Shown: positions 9,801-20,037, counted from the first letter of the stretch. The stretch: DNA of 64,000 nucleotides from an uncultured archaeon (GCA_964525635.1 CAZGJX010000004.1:1-64000); one strand, 5' to 3'. Program-made: numbers and translations. The notes: generated by a model from the sequence alone, not told the origin.

Positions 9801-12800
9801 GAGGCTACTTTCCAAAATGAGATTATTTCAAATAATTATAAGAGCTTTGTACAAAATTTATATAATAACATCTTTAAAGAAGTACTTGAGAAAGCAAAAA
9901 GTGATATTTCCGCTTTATCTGATGATGAAATAGCGAAATTAGGTGATGATCCGAAAAGTTTTATGAACATTGTTAAAGATCGCCTCCAATTTACAATTCT
10001 TAATGATATCATGCGAGAATGTGGAATAGATGATCCTACTATGAGTATTGGAGACATCAATCAAAAATTACGAGAATTCTTACAGGATAAAGACAGAATT
10101 ACTCAATTTGAGCAAGATTTCCATACAAGTGAAGGCATAGTTAAATTCCTACAAGTTTTCGCTGAATGTTTTTTAACTGATCCACTTATGAATAGATTAA
10201 TAATAAATAGAAGAATGGATAACTACTTTGGCTACACTAATGAAAAAAATTACATATTTACCGTATTAAAGAGTAAAATTATTGATTGGTTTAACGAAAT
10301 TGTTGATAAATTAACTCCTGAACAGCTCGAGAAAATTACCGTCTATGATAATGTAAAATACAATCCAAATGATAAAGTAATTAATCCATTTGATTTAGTT
10401 TATACAATCATAGATAAAAATAATAAAAAAATTCCTCTTATCAATTTCTACTCAACCACTGGAGCTCAAAAGACAGGAAGATTTTTTGATGGTGGAGGAA
10501 TCTTCGATTTTGGTGCTTTTGTAGTATCTACACACCTTAAGAGCACATGGTATGAATCAATTGTGAAGTATGATGGGAAGACTAATACCGTTAGTCTTGT
10601 AAATTCTATGTGTAGTGATGGGATTTCTGCTATGATTGTTGATGTTGTAAAGAGATTATCAACCGGTCAGGATATTAAAAATCTCCCCGATCGCATCGTT
10701 CAATTAATTGCCCCTTTCATTGTTCAAGATCTTGACGAGACTATTGTTAATGTCGAGAAAATTCTAGAAACATTCTATTCCAAAGATATTTTCCATCTAG
10801 ATCATAAACTTGCCGATCATGAAGTATTTCTTGTAGCATTGATCGACCTCATTAATATAGAATTGAAACAGAATATAAAATATAGCGGAATGAATACAAA
10901 TAAGAGAGGACTTAGAGAAGCCATTGGTTCAATGATGCAAGATCCTGTCTTCCAAGAAAAAGTTCAAAAGAAAGCTTCTAGTTCTTTCAATTCTCAATTT
11001 TACCCAAATAAATTAAAAAAGAAAGAAAATTTTATCGAATTGGCTAATTTTCTTATTAACCCAGATAATTTTGAAAAATTAACTATAACATCGAGCTCTG
11101 AAACTTTTCAATTACAATTAAGAATGGATTACAATCCTCACTTTTTAGATAAAAATAATGAAATGATTTCTCTTAGCGACTTCCCAGCACAATATCAAAT
11201 TTACAGATTAGATCATAGATTTGTCGATGATATGCAACCAATTACCTCCGATCAAGAACTATTAACTATGGCCTCAAGAGGAGGCTTAGTTGTATGCCAC
11301 CATGATAAATATCTCGATAATAGAATAATACTCGTTCCGGGTGAGCATATCCATGAACTCTCTGACACCCAAATTCGAGAAGGTTTTAAAGATGCAAATT
11401 CAATCGTACACCATAACATTTTTGTTGCTAACAAGGAAGGAATTAAGTTAATTAGCGAATTGGAGTACTCTGAAAATACCCTATCTATTCGAGAGAGAAA
11501 TTGGGCAAATGAATTTTATCAATACTCCGAGATCAGGAATGAGAATCAACAGATTATCAGATATGAATCTAATTTCTACGCTGCTTATCTATTTGCCACC
11601 GGTTATGATATTAAAATGACTCTACAGCCTACCTCCTTAATGCTTGAGCATATTGAACCATATAAATCTCCTCTCCCATTAATCCAATTCACCAAAGATC
11701 GCTTAACTGAGAAAGAATTACCTTATAAAGTTCCTGAATTTATTGCTTTTAATCAACTTGATGATGAGGTTAAGAATGAGCTTGGTGAAATTATTAGTGT
11801 TATTGATCAATTATCTATAGTATATTTACCTCGTGGATATATTAAGTATAAATATGAATCTGTATCACAATTAATTGTCTCTGAGAATTTCTTCGAGAAG
11901 GATCTGAACGTTATCAAAGCAATTCTAATTGATTTTAATCCTTCCATGGATGAACTTGCTGATCTATCTCAATCCCATCAGAAATTATTCTATCATACAT
12001 TCAATGAGCTTATCAAAAAATACAATGGAGAAAATTATTTACTTAAAGAGTATCAAGAAGCACATTCTGGCCTTACCTTCTCTTATACTAGCTCATATAG
12101 TTATACTAGTGAAGAATTTGAAGCTGTAAGACAAATGGAAGAAATTCTGCCAGAAGTCTTCGGATATAGGTTTTATTCATTGCTCAAAATAGGCATGATT
12201 TCATTATCTATGGAAGAAAATCAAGTGAAATTTACACCTTTAGTCTTTCACTATACAATGTTGGATGACATCCTTAATATGAAAAGAGTCCAACCAATCA
12301 ATACTTTGTATAAAGATAGATTTACCTCTTTTGACAATCCAAATAGATTTAAAGATAGAATTTTTATTCCACTACTAGTTTTTGGGCATTTAACTACCCT
12401 TGATGTAAAGGATCTTGGAGCGCAGACTATATATACCAAGTCTCAAGATATATTCTTAAAGGAGCTCACCAATGGAAAATATGAACATCCAATCAGACAA
12501 TCCAGATTCGCTAGAGACTATGGAAGTTTGGCGAGAATATTTATATCGAAATATATGGATAAAGGCTTTAGTACATCCTATCTTGAAACCAAAAATATCA
12601 TTGGAAAGACTTCCATTATGAATTCTTTTAAAGATCTTTTAGAGTTTCTTTTAAAGCCTGAAATGATGAGATCTGCTGGAGGATTGCTCGAAATCGATAC
12701 TCTAAAAGATAATCCGAAGATTTGGAGTAAAAAATATATCAATTATGCATTTACCACTACCTTCCAACGATTAGTTAGACCTGGTGATCCAACAAGAAAT

Positions 12801-13673
12801 AAAGACTTTGTATCATTCCTTACACATTTATTTACTGGAGACTATAAGACTGATTCATATTTATTAATAGATCAAAATTTAAGAGGGATTAGCAATTCAT
12901 TTTGGGATCAAAGGAATTATGGAACGTTAACTTTGGACTATAATGCATTTATTCAATATTTCGGTGCTAACCTCCATGAAATACAACCTGCTTTTTATTA
13001 TAACTATAAGAAATTCCTGAGATATGGTCAACAACTTAATGTAGAGAGTATATTATCCAGAGAATTCATTGGCAAAATAACACATCTATTTAATAATTTT
13101 TACGATATATTATCAAATAATTATGGAAATGGGCAAAAGTTAACAGCTGAATTTCATATTGAAAATCATTTAGGATTTAATGATGAATCAAGAATTAATA
13201 GTATGACTAATGAAAAAATAATCGAAGAATTTAAGGATTTAATTGATGGATATACTTTAGAATTTACTCTTAATAAATATGATAATAAGATCTTAAATGA
13301 TAATGAATTTCAGACCTTTATTGCAAGCATAGTATTCTATATGGTTATGTTCAATGCTCAAGTATTCATAAAAGAAGGAGACATGAATAGTAATGGTAAT
13401 TATGGACTTTTTGCTTCTCAAAGAGAGCTATATTTTAATGATTATATAATTGGTATAGGAAAAGGAGCCCTTGATATTAGATCTAGCGAAATAGGAAATC
13501 AAATTTATAATGAATGGAATAGTAAATGGAACTTAGAAGGTAATGAATTAGTTTGGGATTATAGCGATTGTTGGCCATTATATCTTTTAAATGATGCACG
13601 ATCCATGATTACTTGGTTCAAAAATAATTTTATAGAAGGTCAAATGGAATTATTAAAATTAGATAAATCATAA
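6846..13673 (+). CDS. giant hypothetical protein (2275 aa) with central hydrophobic helices
   Basis: Uninterrupted ORF; hydrophobic segments near aa 375-480 and 580-615; no family recognised. Confidence 0.8.
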   Translation: MDVKYYQMEAVQKADVYYPEDKVGKAPKSLNEKTFWDDFMGESLPSALTGHTGAYYTTVRGQSSGNDYTAHVIVSPPNWERMQTVSGSLLSFLLMGGVLNSSSMDEQLPFDDNNLDFFLVSNELYTYNEIDDYSYSEEGGNIELYSQYMTNSLGYATYSITEETDGKLHSIIPICVDGVPSYIFSEIDGAFNGAMYKPLVVSQERYDELEENGLTTGQLSIIIQHPDAADTKGIATLELSEAETMLEYQAKVPLASRLGGFEYPISQILLYPYKDSQQIGSPIEIDNSQYILDSGNLYFITPIHKLLEININPSHEYHYKLEIKIHKIIPDTTEDTSRLALIQTTSHMCMDYFNLYTYAAQTAYMVSEVEYTRDITLVSTMISTPLVFLGSYLTSSATKMYTEASAIAGKEVAKTALNTMMTDQVRKLTTSQIVKQLLTQMAIRTVVGSISEVLQEVILDGIIETLVTGAVKYFKGSQEAAYWISTLVTSARESKFFGYLSSETGLQTQQQSLSYNAQIFLAQKASKEFKTWYGSLLLKSEYSKMSEADILLKAKDSILSKISDLKLFGKEPEVPKIKKLGALSIISGLLLFMPSLTFLGSGLALEYTASNLLQGLDMRLMHTYNIRLHNKMVKEYDTSTFERPSITPTTTTLIEGDVSEKIEVLPTIGVMPETEEQHKPSVFDRVNSRLSLPYKLRSVARKIGDMFRAPSTISEYAKNIKERIISSDSSQMKLDILGNEKSFDEEVIESSERIKIPIVKASESTEAVEAVDPIFKWKDQVIAFMFYPEDRKISNLEAFMLIKEFLGISKDQPVYLRFYEQDILSIEANYLKYIDSEGVIHHYDLDGDFSQLLDELGYRERIDSISIQDWIDGKALENIDLQIEVLDTEEYIGSTGLSQEAQEFYVDKFGYWLKERFDVLITEHNVQMYEELFQLIKKLDKSLTLTIAPIKNDKEISNMNKQDLIKYIDNIGYLMESYWNNYFTSEATFQNEIISNNYKSFVQNLYNNIFKEVLEKAKSDISALSDDEIAKLGDDPKSFMNIVKDRLQFTILNDIMRECGIDDPTMSIGDINQKLREFLQDKDRITQFEQDFHTSEGIVKFLQVFAECFLTDPLMNRLIINRRMDNYFGYTNEKNYIFTVLKSKIIDWFNEIVDKLTPEQLEKITVYDNVKYNPNDKVINPFDLVYTIIDKNNKKIPLINFYSTTGAQKTGRFFDGGGIFDFGAFVVSTHLKSTWYESIVKYDGKTNTVSLVNSMCSDGISAMIVDVVKRLSTGQDIKNLPDRIVQLIAPFIVQDLDETIVNVEKILETFYSKDIFHLDHKLADHEVFLVALIDLINIELKQNIKYSGMNTNKRGLREAIGSMMQDPVFQEKVQKKASSSFNSQFYPNKLKKKENFIELANFLINPDNFEKLTITSSSETFQLQLRMDYNPHFLDKNNEMISLSDFPAQYQIYRLDHRFVDDMQPITSDQELLTMASRGGLVVCHHDKYLDNRIILVPGEHIHELSDTQIREGFKDANSIVHHNIFVANKEGIKLISELEYSENTLSIRERNWANEFYQYSEIRNENQQIIRYESNFYAAYLFATGYDIKMTLQPTSLMLEHIEPYKSPLPLIQFTKDRLTEKELPYKVPEFIAFNQLDDEVKNELGEIISVIDQLSIVYLPRGYIKYKYESVSQLIVSENFFEKDLNVIKAILIDFNPSMDELADLSQSHQKLFYHTFNELIKKYNGENYLLKEYQEAHSGLTFSYTSSYSYTSEEFEAVRQMEEILPEVFGYRFYSLLKIGMISLSMEENQVKFTPLVFHYTMLDDILNMKRVQPINTLYKDRFTSFDNPNRFKDRIFIPLLVFGHLTTLDVKDLGAQTIYTKSQDIFLKELTNGKYEHPIRQSRFARDYGSLARIFISKYMDKGFSTSYLETKNIIGKTSIMNSFKDLLEFLLKPEMMRSAGGLLEIDTLKDNPKIWSKKYINYAFTTTFQRLVRPGDPTRNKDFVSFLTHLFTGDYKTDSYLLIDQNLRGISNSFWDQRNYGTLTLDYNAFIQYFGANLHEIQPAFYYNYKKFLRYGQQLNVESILSREFIGKITHLFNNFYDILSNNYGNGQKLTAEFHIENHLGFNDESRINSMTNEKIIEEFKDLIDGYTLEFTLNKYDNKILNDNEFQTFIASIVFYMVMFNAQVFIKEGDMNSNGNYGLFASQRELYFNDYIIGIGKGALDIRSSEIGNQIYNEWNSKWNLEGNELVWDYSDCWPLYLLNDARSMITWFKNNFIEGQMELLKLDKS

Positions 13674-13691
13674 AGATTGATGACTTTATAT

Positions 13692-14885
13692 TTAAATGTC
13701 TAATCTTTCAACAAAATTCATTTTTTTTATTACTTCAGGAGTTTTCTTAAACTTATTTCGCTCTAGATACAGAATTCTTAGATTCCTAAGTTTATATAGG
13801 GAATCCGGTAAGCAAGCTAAAGCGTTCCTATTTAAAAGTAAATTCCTTAAATTAGTTAGTCTAGATATATTTTCTGGTAAATATTTGATATTATTTCCTC
13901 TCAAATAAAGTTCCTCTAGATTCTCTAGCTCACAAATTGATTCAGATAGTTTTCCTAATTTATTATTATCTATACTTAATTTCTTTAAATTTATTAAATT
14001 CCCAATATGAAGAGGAAGACATTGGATGTGGTTTGAATCTAACCTTAATTCCTCTAAATTTTTCATTGAGCAAATTGAAATCGGTAAATATTTTATTTTG
14101 TTTCTATATAGAAGGAGTCTTCTTAATTTTTTTAGACGATATATTTTTCGTAGGATTTGCTCTATTTCATTTCCAGAAAGATCTAATGCCTTAAGATGTC
14201 TCATCTTAAGAATTGAAGCTGGAAATTTCGATAATCCCACTTGGCTAAGGGTAAGTTTTACTATTTGCCGGTTCTTTATCTCAAAAAGTTCATAAAAATA
14301 AAGATCCTCTAATGTAAAATCATCGACTCCCTCATCATTCTGAAGCTCCTCCCATAAATCATAAAGCGCTGTAAAATCTTCTTCCTCTAAAATTGCGTGA
14401 AATCTCATATCTATTGGTAAGAGATTTAAATATCCCTCTTCACCTAAATATTCCCTCGTATACTCATTTCCATTCTTATATCTGTTAACAATCTCTTCAA
14501 AAAATATCGCTTTCGCTTTTGAATCTCCCACTTCTGCTAGTCTCCTAAGTAAAGGAAAAGCAAGGCTACTGTGAAGCAATCGTGTATCGTAATCATGCTC
14601 ATGCCAGACTTGTAGGTTAGAGCAATGCCCCCAAAACTCCTCCTTTGGTGGAAGCTTCCCAATACCTCTAACTTGATAGGTCTCATCATATATCCTTTGA
14701 TAGTTCATTTCCGCATCATCAATCGACTCTATCCCATCAAAATAATTTAATTTATCTATTGAAATATGAAATAATAGAGATTTACACTGCTTAAAAGGCT
14801 CTCCTTTTACATATATAATTGTTTGATTCCACTCAAATCTCAGGCTAAGAAACTCATTAACTCGAAATTCCTTTATTGCTTTCAT
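13692..14885 (-). CDS. leucine-rich repeat protein
   Basis: C-terminal LxxLxLxxNxI/L repeats; N-terminal domain containing EEFWGHCSNLQVWHEHDYDTRLLH. Confidence 0.9.
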   Translation of the reverse strand: MKAIKEFRVNEFLSLRFEWNQTIIYVKGEPFKQCKSLLFHISIDKLNYFDGIESIDDAEMNYQRIYDETYQVRGIGKLPPKEEFWGHCSNLQVWHEHDYDTRLLHSSLAFPLLRRLAEVGDSKAKAIFFEEIVNRYKNGNEYTREYLGEEGYLNLLPIDMRFHAILEEEDFTALYDLWEELQNDEGVDDFTLEDLYFYELFEIKNRQIVKLTLSQVGLSKFPASILKMRHLKALDLSGNEIEQILRKIYRLKKLRRLLLYRNKIKYLPISICSMKNLEELRLDSNHIQCLPLHIGNLINLKKLSIDNNKLGKLSESICELENLEELYLRGNNIKYLPENISRLTNLRNLLLNRNALACLPDSLYKLRNLRILYLERNKFKKTPEVIKKMNFVERLDI

Positions 14886-15099
14886 AATCTTATTATTCTT
14901 TTTTGTTATGATAATAAGAACTGCTCTAATAGTAAAATAGTCGACAATATATTTAAATTCAATCCTTTTGTTGATATTTCGAATTTAATTGTTAAGTATT
15001 ATAGTCATCTTTTCAGATTTTGTTACACTGAGAAATCCTAAATGGATTTTTTTGTTAAAAATAATTACTTTCTAAAAAAAGTTAAAACATTAAATATGT

Positions 15100-15828
15100 T
15101 TAATTTTGGTGACCTGTTCTTCTTGCTGCTATTTGACCGACTTTTCGACCAGGTGGAGCATTTCTTCTGGTTGTTGTAGGCTTGTGAGGAGATTGCTTCG
15201 CTCCTCCACCATACGGGTGGCTACAGGCGTTCATCGTACAACCTCTGACTACAGGCCATTTTTTAGCTTTAGATTGAATATAATAATGTTTACTTCCCGC
15301 TTTTAAGAAAGGCTTATCCGTTCTTCCGCCTCCCGAAACAACGCCTACTGTGCATAAACAATTTTTATTAAACCATTTTATTTTCTTTGATCGAAACAAT
15401 ACTTTTACTTGATCTTTAGATTTCTCTTTAACTGTTGCTGCAACACCTGAGGAACGGGCGAATTTGCCACCGTCTTGAGGACTACCTTCAATATTATATA
15501 CTAAAGTTCCTAAAGGTATCTTTTTAAGAGGTATAATATTTCCAACAGTAATATCCAGACCATATCCTGTTTTAGATTGAATGAAAACCTGTCCTTCATA
15601 AATACCTTCTGGTGGAAGATATAATCCTTTTTCTCCATCGTTATATCTAATTTTAGCTACAGGAGCACCTCTTCCAGGAGAATGAATTAATTCAATAATT
15701 TTAAAATTAAATATTTTATCTTTCTCTTTAAATGGTCGATATTTAACTTCTCCAACATGTCTATGGCTTGGGGAACGAGCCCATAAATTGCCGTGACCTT
15801 TTCTCTGAACAAGTATTCGTTTTCCCAT
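15100..15828 (-). CDS. rpl2: 50S ribosomal protein uL2
   Basis: MGKRILVQRKG, HSPGRGAPVA, WPVVRG.MN..HPYGGG, APPGRKVGQIAARRTG. Confidence 0.97.
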   Translation of the reverse strand: MGKRILVQRKGHGNLWARSPSHRHVGEVKYRPFKEKDKIFNFKIIELIHSPGRGAPVAKIRYNDGEKGLYLPPEGIYEGQVFIQSKTGYGLDITVGNIIPLKKIPLGTLVYNIEGSPQDGGKFARSSGVAATVKEKSKDQVKVLFRSKKIKWFNKNCLCTVGVVSGGGRTDKPFLKAGSKHYYIQSKAKKWPVVRGCTMNACSHPYGGGAKQSPHKPTTTRRNAPPGRKVGQIAARRTGHQN

Positions 15829-15949
15829 CTGTTTCACATTATAAAATATAATTATTTTATTAAATTAAGGAAAATATAAAATTTTTATTATTTAATGTGA
15901 ATTTTTTGAAATTTTAAATTAGGAAATAATAATTCATTTTATCACGATC

Positions 15950-16228
15950 ACTCAAGAAAACAGCTCCCTTTAGAGGTGATGAATTGAGTTTGAATAGAAA
16001 GCCAATAAATTATTAGACAATCACCTTTTTTAAGTAGTTCTATGCTAATGTATTAGTAAGGAATTTGACTATAGTAGTAAAATCAATTTCTTATCGCATG
16101 AACCCTCCGTGAACGAGGAATCATTCCAATTACAATAGAATGGTTTTCTACGAAAAACAGGCCAACCCGTAATAGAAGCGGTTGTGTACTCGTAGGAAGC
16201 CACGGTCTTTAGGCCGTGTGTAGTTCAC
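15950..16228 (+). mobile_element. non-autonomous IS200/IS605-family remnant
   Basis: Left-end-like hairpin around CTCCCTTTAGAGG; right end GAAGCCACGGTCTTTAGGCCGTGTGTAGTTCAC; no ORF; left boundary approximate. Confidence 0.65.
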
Positions 16229-16242
16229 TGAAACAGGAAAAA

Positions 16243-17601
16243 TCATATATTTTTATCCTTAATTAACTGATCAATGTTATAATTAAATGCGATTGGAATT
16301 TCTCTTTCAATAAATTCGCCTGCTATATTATTTAACAATATTTCTTTGATTTCTTCTTGATTATTAGTTTGTCCTAGGGTCCATCCGAGTTTTACATATG
16401 CAGTTTCAGGTAATATATTTCTTCCAGGTATTACTCCCATATTTAACAATTCTCTTCCTGTAGAATATACATTCATACCGGTAAATCCATGTAAAGTTTG
16501 TACTGTCATCAATATAGTTATTTCTTCTTCTATTGCTCTTTTTATAGAGTCATAAACTATGGTACTTACGTGTCCTAATCCAGTACCAGCAATAACTATC
16601 CCTTTATATCCTTGATCAATGTAAAAGTCGATAATATCATTATCCATACCAGGATATGAATAAAGGAGTGCTATCTTTTTTTCAAATTTTGTCAATGCTT
16701 CTATTTGTTTTTCAGATCTTTTTTGATATTTTGTATTTAACATAGTTATCTTTTTATTTCTGATTATTCCTAATGGTATATCGTCTATAGTTCTAAAAGT
16801 ATGTCTGACTGAAGAATGCATTTTTCTTACTAATGTACCTCTATGAATTAAACCATAGTCATGGGCTGAAGACCCAAGCATACATACAACAACCTCTGCG
16901 ATATCAGAAGTGGCAACTATTCCAGCATTAATAAGGTTTAAAGCCGCATCTGAAGAAGGTCTATCTGAACTTCTTTGACTTCCTACTAATACCACAGGAA
17001 TAGAGAGATCCTTTAACATAAATGATAACGCTGCTGATGTAAAACCCATTGTATCGGTACCATGCCCAATAACTATCCCATCTTTTCCTCCATTCACAGC
17101 TTTTTGTATTTTTAGAGCTAATTTCTGCCAATAATCTGGTCTCATATTTTCAGAGAGAATTTCAAAAACGATTTCAGTATCTATATTGCAAATATCCGCT
17201 AATTCTGGAACAGCACTAAATAATTCACCAGGAGTAAATGAAGGAATTACGGCACCAGTTGTATAATCTAAGCGTGATGCAACAGTACCTCCAGTTCCAA
17301 ATAGAATTACATTTGGTAATTTTTTATCTATAGGGAATTTTTTCTCTGGAATTTTATAATTTGCTTTTTTTACTCCTAATTTTCCAATTTCAAGTATATG
17401 TGAGATATGAATACCGATGTTATAGTTATTATCCAACTTTATTTCAATAAAATTTGGATTGGAATATTCATTTCTAGGAAGTAAAATACCCTCATAATTA
17501 CTTTCCTTAGTTTTTATATTTAAGATATCCCAAATTTGAATACCATTCTTTTCTAACAGATTTTTTGTTTTTCCCTTATAACCTTTTAGTTTATCATTCA
17601 A
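16243..17601 (-). CDS. gatD: Glu-tRNA(Gln) amidotransferase subunit D
   Basis: GTGGTVASRLDY, HGTDTM, GSQRSSDRPSSD, RKMHSS; adjacent to gatE. Confidence 0.97.
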   Translation of the reverse strand: MNDKLKGYKGKTKNLLEKNGIQIWDILNIKTKESNYEGILLPRNEYSNPNFIEIKLDNNYNIGIHISHILEIGKLGVKKANYKIPEKKFPIDKKLPNVILFGTGGTVASRLDYTTGAVIPSFTPGELFSAVPELADICNIDTEIVFEILSENMRPDYWQKLALKIQKAVNGGKDGIVIGHGTDTMGFTSAALSFMLKDLSIPVVLVGSQRSSDRPSSDAALNLINAGIVATSDIAEVVVCMLGSSAHDYGLIHRGTLVRKMHSSVRHTFRTIDDIPLGIIRNKKITMLNTKYQKRSEKQIEALTKFEKKIALLYSYPGMDNDIIDFYIDQGYKGIVIAGTGLGHVSTIVYDSIKRAIEEEITILMTVQTLHGFTGMNVYSTGRELLNMGVIPGRNILPETAYVKLGWTLGQTNNQEEIKEILLNNIAGEFIEREIPIAFNYNIDQLIKDKNI

Positions 17602-19521
17602 TTATTTTATCTCCTCTAACTTTTTTATCAAATTTTTTTTTAATTCTTCAGAAACGATTTTGCCATCTATCTTACCTCTTACTTCTTTCATAACCTCTCC
17701 CATTAATGGCCCAATCGCGCCCATTTTTCTATCTTTTATGAGATCAATTGTATTATTAATGATTTTTTGAATTATAAGATTCAATTCTTCTACAGTTATT
17801 ATTTCTAAATTTAATTTTTTTCTAATTTGTTCAATAGTTAAATTAGGTTCATCTGATTTTAAAATCATCAATTCTTCAACAGCCTCCTTTCCAATTTCCT
17901 TTTTCTTCAAAAGTGAAAATATCTCTTTATAATCCTTATCAGTAATATTTTCTACTTCTTTTCCGTCCCGCTTAAGGGCAGTACTTGTCTCAAGTAATGT
18001 AGTTGTAAGTAACATGGGATTTTCTGGATATATTTCAACCAGTTCATTAAATAAGTTTAATTTTTCTGTGAAAATTAAATCTTTTATCTTTTGATCGTTA
18101 ATATTATATTTTTTATGATATTCATGAATAATCTCCCATGGATATCTAGGAAGTTCTTTTATTATTTCTTTAATCTCTTCTTCAGTTGTAATAATCGCTT
18201 GAGAGTCAGTATCAGGATACAATCTTGCACCACCATGAAGTTCTCTTAAAAATTCTGTGTTCCCATTCTCTAGAGCTCTCCTAGTTTCAGGGGGAACTCC
18301 TTTAAATGCATACTTAACACGACTTAGAAGAACATCTATCGCTTTATCAATCTCTTTTTTCACCCCTAAAAGCAAAACAAAACAATCTTTCTCTGTCCAA
18401 TCTACTAATTCTTTTATTTTTTTAATATCTTTCTCAGATAATTTATATTTCTTTAAATCTTCATCAGAGTGAATAATTCCTTTTAATCCAGAGATTGATT
18501 TTACCTTACTTGCTACTTCGGTGCCAAATCGGTAATTTTCCATCAATTCTTTTCCAAAAATAGTTTTAAATCCTCTGAAATTCATACCATATAGTTTTTT
18601 TCCTGATTTTAATCCTTTTAAAATAAAATTTGAGGACGTATTTTTTAATTCTTTTGAGAGGTCATACGGATTATTAATTATACTTTCTTCTTTTAGTCCT
18701 CTTTTTATTAATTCCTCTCTAATTTCAATTAGATTTAGCTGTCTTGATATTTCATGATTTATTAATAGAGGAATCCAATCTAATTTTTGAACTCCTTTAA
18801 TTTCTATTCTTGTTCCTTCTTTAATACTTACATTTACATCTTGTCTAATGGAACCAAGTATTTTTTTTACCTTAGAGTTCCATAATAATAAACCTAATCT
18901 TTCTGCTGTCTCTCTACACTCATTTGGATCATTTATATCTGGTTTTGTTGTGATTTCAACAAGGGGAATACCTAAACGATCTAATCTAAAGTAATTTGTT
19001 TTATCTTCAGTCTTTATTTTTCTAGCAGCATCCTCTTCCAAACATACAATATCAATTCCAATTTTTTTTCCATTATCTAATTTTAAACTGCCATCTTTTG
19101 CTAAAATCATTGTTCTTTGAAATCCACATGGAACGCTTCCATCAAGATAATTTTTCCTACAAACATGCATTTCTTCAATAATGTTTGCATTTAATAAAAG
19201 GGCTAATTCAATAGCGATTTTTTTTGCTTCCTTATTACATGAAAAAGGAGGTGTTTCATCAAGTTCATATGTACAGATTACATCATTATAACATTCATAT
19301 ATAATATCCATCCCTTTCTGGTATTCTGTAAGCATTGCATCATCATAAACCCCCATTTCACCTAATACTGGCCGCATATATCTTTTAACAGTGAAATCTG
19401 GTTTTCTAGTTCCTTGAAGCTGATTTGGACATCTACAAAAAAGTTTTGTTTTAGAATCTAATTGTTGATGAATTTCAAGACCGCATTTTAAACCCAATTT
19501 TTCATAATTGAAATTATCCAT
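17602..19521 (-). CDS. gatE: Glu-tRNA(Gln) amidotransferase subunit E
   Basis: GLKCGLEIHQQL, LEEDAAR, LDRLGIPLVEITT, RQDVNVSI, RLYPDTD. Confidence 0.97.
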   Translation of the reverse strand: MDNFNYEKLGLKCGLEIHQQLDSKTKLFCRCPNQLQGTRKPDFTVKRYMRPVLGEMGVYDDAMLTEYQKGMDIIYECYNDVICTYELDETPPFSCNKEAKKIAIELALLLNANIIEEMHVCRKNYLDGSVPCGFQRTMILAKDGSLKLDNGKKIGIDIVCLEEDAARKIKTEDKTNYFRLDRLGIPLVEITTKPDINDPNECRETAERLGLLLWNSKVKKILGSIRQDVNVSIKEGTRIEIKGVQKLDWIPLLINHEISRQLNLIEIREELIKRGLKEESIINNPYDLSKELKNTSSNFILKGLKSGKKLYGMNFRGFKTIFGKELMENYRFGTEVASKVKSISGLKGIIHSDEDLKKYKLSEKDIKKIKELVDWTEKDCFVLLLGVKKEIDKAIDVLLSRVKYAFKGVPPETRRALENGNTEFLRELHGGARLYPDTDSQAIITTEEEIKEIIKELPRYPWEIIHEYHKKYNINDQKIKDLIFTEKLNLFNELVEIYPENPMLLTTTLLETSTALKRDGKEVENITDKDYKEIFSLLKKKEIGKEAVEELMILKSDEPNLTIEQIRKKLNLEIITVEELNLIIQKIINNTIDLIKDRKMGAIGPLMGEVMKEVRGKIDGKIVSEELKKNLIKKLEEIK

Positions 19522-19725
19522 ATTGAATCAAATTATTGTTAGAATTTATTATTTATTTTAGAAAGAATTAAAATTGTTTGAATAAAAATTATTTAGAAGA
19601 TATATGTTAAAAGAGAATTTAACTTTTGTAATTAATATCTTAATTTTCAAATAGATATGGGATTATAAACTAATAAATTTTGATAGTATCTCTTTATAAA
19701 TCGTATCCTTTTCAATAATAGTACT

Positions 19726-19920
19726 ATGAAATCATCTGAAGCGTGTAAATTATTACAAATTACAAAACCTACCTTATATAAGTATAAAAGTAATGGAACG
19801 ATCATAAATGCTGATGTGAATGCAGGCTATAATATTCTGAAAAAAGCATTCCCAAATTTTATAAACGATGATGGGATACAGGGTTTGGTGTTAAACCCCC
19901 AAGTTGTCAAGATTTCTTGA
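19726..19920 (+). mobile_element. internally deleted IS607-type element (TnpA N-terminus fused to TnpB C-terminus)
   Basis: MKSSEACKLLQITKPTLYKY (MerR-like HTH of IS607 TnpA) joined in frame to GTIINADVNAGYNILKK..GLVLNP (TnpB RuvC-III end); TTTTGATA occurs on both flanks. Confidence 0.75.
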
Positions 19921-20037
19921 TAATTTTAAATAAGATTAGCTACGTTTTACTAGTTTTGATAACATGATAATAAATATCATAAACATTATTTTAATAAATA
20001 TTATTAAATCAATTCTAATTATTAATTTATTATCGCT

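Noticed and set aside
6988-12439. Short ORFs antisense to or nested in the giant gene, and similar shadow ORFs elsewhere (e.g. 1677, 13696-14823, 15106, 18257, 30731, 44311, 55164, 61958)
   Set aside because: They overlap longer, better-supported genes and show no motifs.
13692-14885. LRR gene as immunity partner of the giant protein
   Set aside because: It is convergent rather than co-transcribed, and no toxin domain was identified in the giant protein.
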